The notes under the pieces are model-generated. The model did not search any database, was not told the DNA's origin, and saw only the letters and a list, made by a program, of their open reading frames with translations. This document shows positions 41,475 to 50,131 of a stretch of DNA of 56,915 nt, piece by piece. The first letter of the stretch is position 1. The number at the start of each line of letters is the position of its first letter. Source of the DNA: an uncultured Dehalococcoidia bacterium (GTDB lineage Bacteria; Chloroflexota; Dehalococcoidia; Lucifugimonadales; CAJWER01); the NCBI GenBank assembly GCA_964384845.1, contig CAYLLU010000006.1:1-56915 (forward strand), written 5' to 3'. Position numbers and translations under genes: made by a program.

Positions 41475-42301
41475 GGCTTGTTCATCTCGTTCAGTATCTG
41501 GTTAATTTGCTGGCGCAGGTTGTTCGCGGCGGTGCGGGCTGCGGTCTCGAAATTCGCCGGTTCTTGGGAGGCGTAGAGGATGTTCCGGGAACTAGCGACG
41601 AGTAGGTTCCTGCCCGACGTGTCAACGCCGGCGAGAACAGACGCTCGCAGATTGCCTGCTTGCGCTCCTACGCCTGGCAGTAGCACTGGTATGTCCGGGC
41701 TTATCTCGCGGACGCGGACGATGTCTTCAGGGTAGGTGGCGCCCACTACGAGACCGGTGTTGTCATTGCGGTCCCAGTGGGCGGCGCTCTCTGCGATATG
41801 CTCGAACAGTCGCTTGCCGTCGTCGCCGCCGAGTACCTGGTCTTGCAGTTCCCTCGCGCCGTCATTGGATGATCGGCACCACACGAAAATGCCCCGGTCG
41901 GTGTAGTCTAAGAATGGCCGCAGTGCCTCGACTCCGGCATAGCCGTTGACGGTGGCTGCGTCGAATCCCCATGTGTCGAATAGGGCCTTGGCGTAATGGG
42001 TGTTGGAGGAGGAGATGTCACCGCGCTTACCATCACCGAGAACTATTACTCCTGGGGCCTTGTCTCTAATGTGGGCTACGGTCTTCTCCAAAAGCATAAT
42101 CCCTCCGCTGCCATAAGCCTCGTAGAAAGCCAAGTTTGGTTTATATGCGCATACTAGGTCTTTCGTAGCATCTATGATGGCGCGGTTGAAGTCCAAGATG
42201 TGTGGTATGGCCATGAGATTTGGATCGGGATCTAGCCCGACGCAAAGTAGGCTCTGGGCGGTTTGCGACGCCTGTGTAAGTTTTTGTCGGAAGCCTACCA
42301 T
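41453..42301 (-). CDS. pyrF: orotidine-5'-phosphate decarboxylase (type 2)
   Basis: Start re-set to ATG 42301 (AAGGAGA SD; the ORF track gives 42400). LCVGLDP, DGKRGDI and LLPGVGAQ motifs. Confidence 0.92.
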   Translation of the reverse strand: MVGFRQKLTQASQTAQSLLCVGLDPDPNLMAIPHILDFNRAIIDATKDLVCAYKPNLAFYEAYGSGGIMLLEKTVAHIRDKAPGVIVLGDGKRGDISSSNTHYAKALFDTWGFDAATVNGYAGVEALRPFLDYTDRGIFVWCRSSNDGARELQDQVLGGDDGKRLFEHIAESAAHWDRNDNTGLVVGATYPEDIVRVREISPDIPVLLPGVGAQAGNLRASVLAGVDTSGRNLLVASSRNILYASQEPANFETAARTAANNLRQQINQILNEMNKPWQPTSI

Positions 42302-42466
42302 GGGTCTCCTTGGTCGCCAAGGTATGTCATCCCTCTGGACTCCCCGTTTGGTGGTGGGGATAGATACATGCAGTTTATGGGAGATGAGAGGAGGGGGCAA
42401 GTTTGTGTGGTGGTTGTGGGGGTGCTAGCATCGGCGCGGGGTGCGCTGTGAAAATGGATTCTGAGC

Positions 42467-43213
42467 TTGCCGAGGCTAGGTTCGGTGCAAGGCTTAACCC
42501 CGTTCGTTGTGAGAGTGATCATGAACGGACGGGATGTTCATGCCTACCTGCCCAATACCGGGCGGATGTCGGAATTATTGGTATCTGGCACTGTGGTGTA
42601 CGTTGCCCCGGCTTGCGGCACTACGTGCGCTAATCTTGGAGGACCAAGACATACTAGAGGGCACGGTTCTGGGGTATGGAGAAATTGGGAGCGTAAAACT
42701 GCGTATGATCTGATTCTGGTGAGGTACGGTAGCGCGCTGGTATCGATGGACAGCCGTCTGCCTACTGTCTTGTTTCGTGATAGGACGGAGTTAGGCAATC
42801 TGGCTGGTTTCGGCGGATACGTTGTGGACAGGGCTGAGGTTCCTCTTGGAGATAGTCGAATCGATATGTTGCTATCCGGAAGTGAGAGGAGTTGCTATGT
42901 GGAGACCAAGTCGGTGAATCTAGTCGTGAACGGGAGAGCTCTGTTTCCGGATGCGGAAACGGAGCGAGGTCGCCGCCATCTGGAGGTGCAGGCCGTTGCT
43001 GTGGAGTCGGGACACCGGGCCTGTGCCGTGTTCGTTGTGCAGAGGGGCGATGTCGTCGAGATGGCACCGTACAGGGAGGTAGACAAACACTTCGCGGAGG
43101 CGCTAGATCAGGCTGCCGCGACTGGTGTGGAGGTGCGGGCCTACCGGTGCCGGGTGACACTACAGGAGATCACGATTGAGAGGAGTATCCTGGTAAGGCT
43201 GTGTGTGGCCTGA
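42467..43213 (+). CDS. sfsA: sugar fermentation stimulation protein SfsA (nuclease-fold DNA-binding protein)
   Basis: HAYLPNTGRM, SRIDMLL, VETKSV, FPDAETERGRRHL and CAVFVVQR motifs. TTG start, N-terminus uncertain. Confidence 0.85.
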   Translation: MPRLGSVQGLTPFVVRVIMNGRDVHAYLPNTGRMSELLVSGTVVYVAPACGTTCANLGGPRHTRGHGSGVWRNWERKTAYDLILVRYGSALVSMDSRLPTVLFRDRTELGNLAGFGGYVVDRAEVPLGDSRIDMLLSGSERSCYVETKSVNLVVNGRALFPDAETERGRRHLEVQAVAVESGHRACAVFVVQRGDVVEMAPYREVDKHFAEALDQAAATGVEVRAYRCRVTLQEITIERSILVRLCVA

Positions 43214-43905
43214 TGGCCAGGGCAACTTCCTTCCTTGTAGAAATGTATGATCTACTATTTCAACGTTATGGGCCACAGGGGTGGTGGCCGGCGGATTCAC
43301 GCTTCGAGATGATGGTCGGTGCGGTATTGACTCAGTCGGTTGCGTGGACGAATGTTGAGCAGGCGATAGGCAACCTGAAATCGGCCAGGAAGCTTACTCC
43401 CGAGATGATTCGGAGCATGTCGCAGGAAGAGTTGGCCACGCTGGTGTATCCGTCAGGTTATTACAATACCAAGGCTAGGAAATTAAAGGCATTGGCTGAG
43501 TACCTCGGATCGCAATGGGGGGACGATATCAACGCGATGGCGCGTGGGGAACTTGCCAAGTTGAGGGAGGATTTACTTGCGGTCCACGGTATTGGGGAGG
43601 AGACTGCGGACGATATTTTATTATATGCGCTGGGCAAGCCAGTATTCGTCGTTGACACATTTACCCGGCGTCTGGTGGATCGCCTAGGTCTGACGCCGGA
43701 GGAGGACCAATACTTAGCATATCAAGAGCTATTCTTGGAGTGGGTGGAACCTGACGCGGGAACGTATGGTGAGTACCATGCGTTGATTGTCAGGCATACC
43801 AAGGAGGTGTGCCTGAAAACAATGCCTCTGTGTACTGGCTGTGTGCTATTGGAGGCGTGCCCGACTGGGCGTGGAGAGATCCAGACCAAAAGTCTCAATT
43901 CGTAA
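43213..43905 (+). CDS. endonuclease III-like HhH-GPD DNA glycosylase with a 4Fe-4S cluster loop
   Basis: ATG 43213 overlaps the sfsA TGA by 1 nt (TGATG). HhH motif LLAVHGIGEETADDILLYA. Cys ligands C-x6-C-x2-C-x5-C in CLKTMPLCTGCVLLEAC. Confidence 0.85.
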   Translation: MARATSFLVEMYDLLFQRYGPQGWWPADSRFEMMVGAVLTQSVAWTNVEQAIGNLKSARKLTPEMIRSMSQEELATLVYPSGYYNTKARKLKALAEYLGSQWGDDINAMARGELAKLREDLLAVHGIGEETADDILLYALGKPVFVVDTFTRRLVDRLGLTPEEDQYLAYQELFLEWVEPDAGTYGEYHALIVRHTKEVCLKTMPLCTGCVLLEACPTGRGEIQTKSLNS

Positions 43906-44439
43906 CGGAAACCAAACAGTGTTGTGATGCCTATCCCCTAGGGTGGTAATAATGATGGCATAGAGTGTGGTTGTTTTGGGCCGAGGAGTCCTTCTTGGTC
44001 ATGTCGATATTGTGGTGCCATCATTACGCCTAAGCAAAATCGTAAAGGCGGTGCCCGAAGGTCGTCACGGAATGGCTAACGGGCTGTGTTTCCCGACGTG
44101 ACGGTCCTGATGATGTCGGTGTCGGCGGCCGACTTTGCCGAGGAAACCTCGCCGTCCATAAATTCACTATCTACAAGATGCCTATCGACTTGAATGTCAC
44201 CGGTGAAAGTAGGTAACTTGGCATACTGCATCCTTTTGTGAAGGGCACGTTCGAGTACTTCTACACGATCTCTGTGGAAACATTATAAGCATGCTGTTGT
44301 TGCAGTGAAGGTTTGTTCCCTGTGGCCGCATGGCTGTTGGAGGTAGGAGTGTCCGGTGGCTACGGGGAACGGGGTTGGTATATCGGATGGGTGTATTTTG
44401 ATTAGAGAACTAGTGCTGTTAATCGCCAGGAATGCATGA

Positions 44440-44661
44440 TCATGGCTGGTGTTTTAGGACCGCTTGGCCGGTCAGGTCCCATTGGGAGATGCTTGGCGCT
44501 TGGGTGATGACCACCGCTATGTTATTGCAGGTATTCCGGTAGATCTTGGATTCGGACACGCTGGCGTTGTGGGGAATGTCCAGTTGGGCAACATCATTGA
44601 GGCATTGGGATAAGGCATCCTTGTGCAATGCGGCGAGCTCAACTCGGTCCCAAACTTTCAT
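44440..44661 (-). CDS. hypothetical ORF (73 aa), weak support
   Basis: Only an open frame in a gene-poor region, with a poor SD and no motif. Confidence 0.2.
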   Translation of the reverse strand: MKVWDRVELAALHKDALSQCLNDVAQLDIPHNASVSESKIYRNTCNNIAVVITQAPSISQWDLTGQAVLKHQP

Positions 44662-44708
44662 GCCAACATCCGTTGTATTTGGAATACTCGTAGTCTAAGG
44701 GACAGAGA

Positions 44709-46760
44709 ATGATCTGGATTGGCAGACTAATAATCTTACCGCTGGGAACCGTACTACTCGTTGTTCTCTTGTTGACACTTTTCACGATACGCGTCAGTGA
44801 CACTTTCCTCAATACCAACTTTTATGTCCAGCAGATCAATGAAGCCGGTGCCTATGAATTCGCGCTCAACGACTTACTGGTTTCTATATTGGATGAAGTC
44901 CGTGACTTGCCTCCCTCCGAGTTTTTCCTTGAAAAAAACCCAATTCTCACCTCCGGCCTGTCTACCGATCGGATCATCGAGGCCATCAACCGAGCGGTGC
45001 CTCCGGAATACCTTGAGGGTCTTGTGGAGCAATCCATCGACCAATTCGTGGGGTACCTGGCCGCGGATCGAGACGAGTTTGAGCTGACAATACGCGCAGA
45101 TGAGCAGATCGTCACTATAGTGGATGAGATCAAATTACTACTTGGAGAAGCCGACGTCCATGGGCTACTCTACGACGAAGTAGTGGTACCCGAGATTCGG
45201 ACCGCGGTTCAGATGGAACTTCCTCTTGGCACGGAGAAATCGATGCATCGGCTCGTGCAAGCCGGCCGACGCATGATGCCGCCCGAGTGGGTCCAGTCTC
45301 TGGTGGAAGATATTCTTGACGAGATCACGCCGTACATAACCGGGGAATCGGACACCTTCGAGGTATATATCCGGCTATCTGAGAGGATGGACATAGCTCT
45401 CTTAGAGATAAAATCTATTCTAAGAGATATGGACGCAGCGGATTTGCTTTATGTCCAGGTCATCGAACCGGCAATATTGGAAAGTCTTGGCGAGACGACG
45501 GAACTTTGGTTCGGTGTAGCTGTCATGGAATCGGAGATACTGGACGCGTTACACCAGGTGGTGCCACCTGAGTGGGTGGAGGAGCAGGTCGAACTAGTGA
45601 TAGGCGAGGCTGGTCCTTATCTGATAGGCAGGACCGATGAATTCTCCGTGGAGATTTCCCTGGTAGACAACAAGGATTTTGCCAGTGGCATTATAGAGGA
45701 TCTGGTGGATGAGAAGCTGTTCAACGTTATCGATGATTTGCCGGAGTGCGGGACGGTGGCTGAGGAGGGTGGTGCGATACGAGGAGAATTTGGCAGGCTT
45801 CCAGTGTGCGTGCCGGCCAACGTCAAAATCGATGAACTTATAGAGAGGTCTGGGATCGATATCGGTGGTACCGTGCAACGCTTGATACTTGATCCAATCC
45901 CCAATGTGATTAGCTTCAGTGAAACTCAGATCTACTCGGCGTTGAGCCTGGCTGGTGCTGACGAGAACATCGATCTGTTGGACAGGTTCAGACGATTTCT
46001 ACGAGATGGTTGTGTTTATACCGAGCATGACCTGGTCAGGCCCAAGTCCCAGGGTACGGGATGCCCTTCGGTGTATGCCCCCGACATTAGTGATTTTATC
46101 ACGGATGCTCGGTCCTTCTTAAGTCACGGCTTCACATATACTCATATCGACTTCAGGCGTGATCTCGAGGCCTTCGACCAAGATCTGGACTATGATATAT
46201 TGCTGGCGTCCTCTCGCGAAGACCTCTCCTTCATCCCGGATAATATTATCGATATTTTGGACATGAGCCGTGACTGGATCGGTTGGATCAACGGCAATCG
46301 TTGGGCGCTCTATCTGACCCTGAGTATCATGCTAGTGACAATAGGCTTCCTGGGTGGTAGGGGATGGTCAGGTAGACTGATCTGGGCAGCGTCCTTCCTG
46401 TTCATAACATCAGCGGTAGTCGTCTTGGGCTCCGGTCCCATGTATGGGGTAGTTGCCTCCAGTTGGTTCGACGAGCAGAGGCAGGAAGTCACCCAAGAGA
46501 TAAACGGGAATGCCCCCAAGAACTTCCCATCCAGTTGGCGTTTGGTGCGGGGCAAGGGACTCGATATGGCCGAGTCTGTCGCCGACGATTTTATGGCAGG
46601 TATCCGCACCTCTGCCACCACGCTGATGATCATCGCTATCACTATAATTTTGGCGACTGTCTTCAAAAATACTATCGTTAGTGTGATCACGCGTATTACG
46701 AGCAGTTCGAGGCAGGCATACAGAACTACGACGAGGTCCCATAGAGGAACGCGAATATGA
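44709..46760 (+). CDS. membrane-anchored repeat protein, ORFan (683 aa)
   Basis: AAGGGA SD 6 nt upstream. One N-terminal TM helix, three tandem repeats of about 94 aa, a Cys-containing region, and about three C-terminal TM helices. Confidence 0.8.
   Translation: MIWIGRLIILPLGTVLLVVLLLTLFTIRVSDTFLNTNFYVQQINEAGAYEFALNDLLVSILDEVRDLPPSEFFLEKNPILTSGLSTDRIIEAINRAVPPEYLEGLVEQSIDQFVGYLAADRDEFELTIRADEQIVTIVDEIKLLLGEADVHGLLYDEVVVPEIRTAVQMELPLGTEKSMHRLVQAGRRMMPPEWVQSLVEDILDEITPYITGESDTFEVYIRLSERMDIALLEIKSILRDMDAADLLYVQVIEPAILESLGETTELWFGVAVMESEILDALHQVVPPEWVEEQVELVIGEAGPYLIGRTDEFSVEISLVDNKDFASGIIEDLVDEKLFNVIDDLPECGTVAEEGGAIRGEFGRLPVCVPANVKIDELIERSGIDIGGTVQRLILDPIPNVISFSETQIYSALSLAGADENIDLLDRFRRFLRDGCVYTEHDLVRPKSQGTGCPSVYAPDISDFITDARSFLSHGFTYTHIDFRRDLEAFDQDLDYDILLASSREDLSFIPDNIIDILDMSRDWIGWINGNRWALYLTLSIMLVTIGFLGGRGWSGRLIWAASFLFITSAVVVLGSGPMYGVVASSWFDEQRQEVTQEINGNAPKNFPSSWRLVRGKGLDMAESVADDFMAGIRTSATTLMIIAITIILATVFKNTIVSVITRITSSSRQAYRTTTRSHRGTRI
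44958..45743 (+). repeat. three tandem protein-level repeats of about 94 aa inside CDS 44709..46760
   Basis: The anchor motif [VM]PPE[YW][LV]xxxVE...Y[LI]xGxxDxFE[LV]xIxL...LLY recurs at residues 97, 190 and 285, giving spacings of 93 and 95 aa. Confidence 0.75.
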
Positions 46761-46949
46761 TCCCTAGACTATTCTGCCCCCAGAGAGGAACGTCGAAATA
46801 ATTCCAGGCAGATTTACGGTGAAGACTACGTAGCTGAGGGACCTCACGCCGTCTTCTACAGGAGCCGCTCGAAAACAGACGGTCGTCCCCTTGTTCAAAG
46901 AAACTGATCATGCCGCAGTGAAGTGACGGGAGTCCGAAGAAGGATTAAG

Positions 46950-47672
46950 ATGTCGCACCTGATTGTGGGCACTACCGAGAAATTTGACCTGCACGAGATG
47001 CTGGACAAGTTGTGTGCGGCCCATAAATATCTGGCAGAACATGGAGCCCGAGCACTCACGCGGGCTGAAGAATTGGGTCGTTCCGAGAAGTGGGGTCAAT
47101 CTGTGAAGCGGATTCGTGTAGAGCTTCCGAGTGACGGCCGTCCGGAACTAGCCAAGGACGCTCCTCTCGAACACAACATCACTGAAGTTTACAATCAGTG
47201 TGCAACGGTTGAGCGGTTAATTGACGCGGTCAAGTGGTGTCTTTTACAGGCCTCCAAGTTCTCTGATGGTCTCGGATTGGTCTGTCATCCAACGACTAGT
47301 AGCGGAAAGTCAAGCCAAGACCACGACGACCACGATCTGGTTGTACAAGAAGCAAACGGACGACTCGGATACTTTGAGGTTTCCGACGTTGTAAGCGACA
47401 GAGATGGCAACAACAAAGAAGGCGAAGATCTCGTTCGCCTTAGACTCCTCCGTAGTGTACGTCGCGTGGCTGACAAACGAGGAACGTTTGAGCACGATGG
47501 TATCGATTGGCCAGATGAGCGGCTGGTCCTCGTGGTTTCCGAAGAATTCGCGGAGTACCTATTCAAGTCGAAACGATCTTGGCGCAAGAATCCCGATCCG
47601 CATATTCGCTATGAGGATCGGAGCCAACGTGGACCCACTCGTGTCCTAGAGATCCTGCCGGGTAATCGATAG
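46950..47672 (+). CDS. hypothetical protein, ORFan (240 aa)
   Basis: ATG 46950 is preceded by GAAGAAGGA (the ORF track starts at GTG 46923). No confident family. Has an acidic/His-rich centre HDDHDLVV...GYFEVSDV. Confidence 0.6.
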   Translation: MSHLIVGTTEKFDLHEMLDKLCAAHKYLAEHGARALTRAEELGRSEKWGQSVKRIRVELPSDGRPELAKDAPLEHNITEVYNQCATVERLIDAVKWCLLQASKFSDGLGLVCHPTTSSGKSSQDHDDHDLVVQEANGRLGYFEVSDVVSDRDGNNKEGEDLVRLRLLRSVRRVADKRGTFEHDGIDWPDERLVLVVSEEFAEYLFKSKRSWRKNPDPHIRYEDRSQRGPTRVLEILPGNR

Positions 47673-47835
47673 CTCTGCCAGTCAGAGAGAAGGTGAAATG
47701 ATTGGTGCTGAGAGTCGATTCCACATTTCGGCAATGTCAATCCTAACTAAAGAACTCGTCAGTGTCACTATATCGGGCGACATCCGATGTTGTTAGTTGG
47801 TAAGTAGTCCAATTACTGTGAAATTGAGGATAATT

Positions 47836-48540
47836 TTACGGGAATAGTGGCCGTGCCACCAGTAGGCTATCTTCCAATTCAACTACAATTGCGAATGGTA
47901 CGCTGTCGACCTCCAGTGCCATGTCTCTGTCCTCAGTGTATAGGTGTAAACGAGTTGGATAGTCGAACTTGCGTGATTGCTCACCGGACAGGACCAAAGA
48001 GCGTACCGCATCGCGGTCGGGGGTCATGCCCTGAAGGAGATTCCTAATATATAGGGCGCATTGCTCGTCCTCGTCGGTTCGGAGCTTTCCTCCATCTCCC
48101 ATCGCGATCACCGTGACCAAGTCGGGTGCCTCACGAGCGATAACCTTGGCGGTGGCTTGAGCAGTCACAAGAGAGGCGGCAAATGTGCGATCCGTTTTGG
48201 CTGATGCGGCCTCGACACCTACCGTGCCTGCCGATGTACGTTGCACCAGTGTCTTACCTTCGATGTCGGCTGTGGATAACTCGAAGGGCGAGTTGCCAAA
48301 GTCAAATCCATCCGGCATGAAGCCGTCAACTTCTCCAAAGGCCAGTGTGGCGGTACCCCGCCCCTTGAGGTCCAGCGCCTTGTCCACGTCGGCCACGATG
48401 ATAATGGCTTCAGCACCCCTCAAAAACGCTATTGCGGCGGCGGTGAATGCTCGATAAACATCGATGACGACTGCGGTTCCTCTTGCCTTGTATGCACCCT
48501 CCAAAAGACTCTCCAGTCGTATTTCCACACGGCACCTCAA
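47836..48540 (-). CDS. comB: 2-phosphosulfolactate phosphatase (ComB) family protein
   Basis: 234 aa with AVVIDVYRAFTAAA, FGNSP and RTSAGT motifs of the ComB family. TTG start, uncertain. Confidence 0.85.
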   Translation of the reverse strand: MRCRVEIRLESLLEGAYKARGTAVVIDVYRAFTAAAIAFLRGAEAIIIVADVDKALDLKGRGTATLAFGEVDGFMPDGFDFGNSPFELSTADIEGKTLVQRTSAGTVGVEAASAKTDRTFAASLVTAQATAKVIAREAPDLVTVIAMGDGGKLRTDEDEQCALYIRNLLQGMTPDRDAVRSLVLSGEQSRKFDYPTRLHLYTEDRDMALEVDSVPFAIVVELEDSLLVARPLFP

Positions 48541-48958
48541 TTGTAAAATGGCAAGATGGCACTAATAAAAGGCAAAGGGACGTGTTCGGTCTTTGTTGCA
48601 CGAAAAAATGAACGGGATTATTCGGGTACTCCCTCAAAGCGATTCATGTTCACGGCGAGCCCTTTAACACAAGGACAGCCACAGGACTGTGCCCAAGTGT
48701 AGTTATGCCGCATTAAAGATATAGCACGGCCGAACCCTGTCTCGAATTGGATTACTTAACACCGTAAGGTCTAGTGATTGGGCAACTTCGAGCACTGCTT
48801 TAAATTAGCGTACGGAGTATCCGTGCCGCGGTTGCGACGAAAGAACCAATCGGGAGGTACGGATTATGGAGGCTTGCCATCAGTCCTCGCGTGGCACACT
48901 CTCTCGCGGATGTGCTCTCCGCGGGGCCGACGCCTATGACTAAGACGTCATATTGCAT

Positions 48959-49879
48959 CTAAGTAGTATCCTTTGGAGATGGCTTCAATTCCGGAGGTAG
49001 TACGAAGGTGATGTCTTCATCGGCACCCTGGAGCACGCTCACTTCGTCGTGATCGATTGCTTTTATCACGGCGTCTACCAGTAGTTCTGGGGTTGATGCG
49101 CCAGAAGTGATGCCGACACTATCCACGCCGTCAAGCCATGAGGCTTCCAGATCCTCGGGCCCATTAATCAAGTATGCTCTGACCCCGTGGGCTTGAGCCA
49201 CCTCTCGAAGACGGTTACAGTTTGAACTCTCAGGGGCTCCGATAACCAGCACAACCTCAACTAAACGGCATAGCTCCTTGACAGAAAGTTGCCGGTTGGT
49301 TGTGGCATAACACACATCGTTGCGGACCACAATATCCTTGAAATGGCCCCGTAACTTGTCGATGGCCTGCTGAGTATCGTCCACCGACAGAGTGGTTTGT
49401 GTCAGCACCGTGATCGGGGTGTTGAGATCCCAGTCTGGAAGAGCGACCGATCCTTGGTCGTCGACGAGGTGCATGGGCTCCTGGCCCATCGACCCCTTAA
49501 CCTCCTGATGGCCTCGATGCCCGACTAGAACGAGCTTCCGGCCTTCTCCCGCGTACTTATGGGCCTCATTGTGTACCTTGGTGACGAGAGGACAGGTGGC
49601 GTCGATGACTTGCAGGTTCCGGGCAGCGGCCTTTTGGAAATCCTCCGGAGGGGAGCCGTGGGCCGAGAATACCACTGTGGCCCCCTCGGGGATGTCATCG
49701 ACATCCTCGACGGTAATGGCCCCTTTCGCTTCGAGGGAGGTTACGACGTAAGGGTTGTGGACGATCTGGTGTTTTACGTAGATAGGGGATCCGAACCGTT
49801 CGAGGGCTAGTTGTACCACTCTGATCGCTCTAACAACCCCTGCGCAAAAGCCGCGCGGTGTCCCCAAGACGACTTTCAT
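48959..49879 (-). CDS. ispH: 4-hydroxy-3-methylbut-2-enyl diphosphate reductase
   Basis: Start re-set to ATG 49879 (the ORF track gives 49924). GFCAGVVRAI, SAHG, ATCPLVTKVH and NSSN-like SSNCNRL motifs. Confidence 0.95.
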   Translation of the reverse strand: MKVVLGTPRGFCAGVVRAIRVVQLALERFGSPIYVKHQIVHNPYVVTSLEAKGAITVEDVDDIPEGATVVFSAHGSPPEDFQKAAARNLQVIDATCPLVTKVHNEAHKYAGEGRKLVLVGHRGHQEVKGSMGQEPMHLVDDQGSVALPDWDLNTPITVLTQTTLSVDDTQQAIDKLRGHFKDIVVRNDVCYATTNRQLSVKELCRLVEVVLVIGAPESSNCNRLREVAQAHGVRAYLINGPEDLEASWLDGVDSVGITSGASTPELLVDAVIKAIDHDEVSVLQGADEDITFVLPPELKPSPKDTT

Positions 49880-50131
49880 GTAGAGGCAACCTCTTTCTGC
49901 AAAGTGCGCGGCGCCGGATACCAAATTCTATCACAACGCTGTCCCAAACTTTCCCAACGTCCACACCTCCGGTATACTTGCATCGACTAGCACTGCACGT
50001 GCAATGTGGGCCAGGGCCGCGTTTCGTTTGTCCTTTGTATGCGTGGTCATAGATGAATAAGATCTTTGCTCTGCTATTTTCCGGGCTAGTCGGCAAGATG
50101 GTTTTCAGCACAATAAACTAGGAGCAAACTA

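Noticed and set aside
44107-44147. CUGAUGA ... GAAAC with an intervening GTCGG/CCGAC stem, reminiscent of a hammerhead ribozyme core.
   Set aside because: The GAAA does not directly follow stem II (9 extra nt), and no stem I/III pairing or cleavage-site context is evident. It does not fit the hammerhead consensus.
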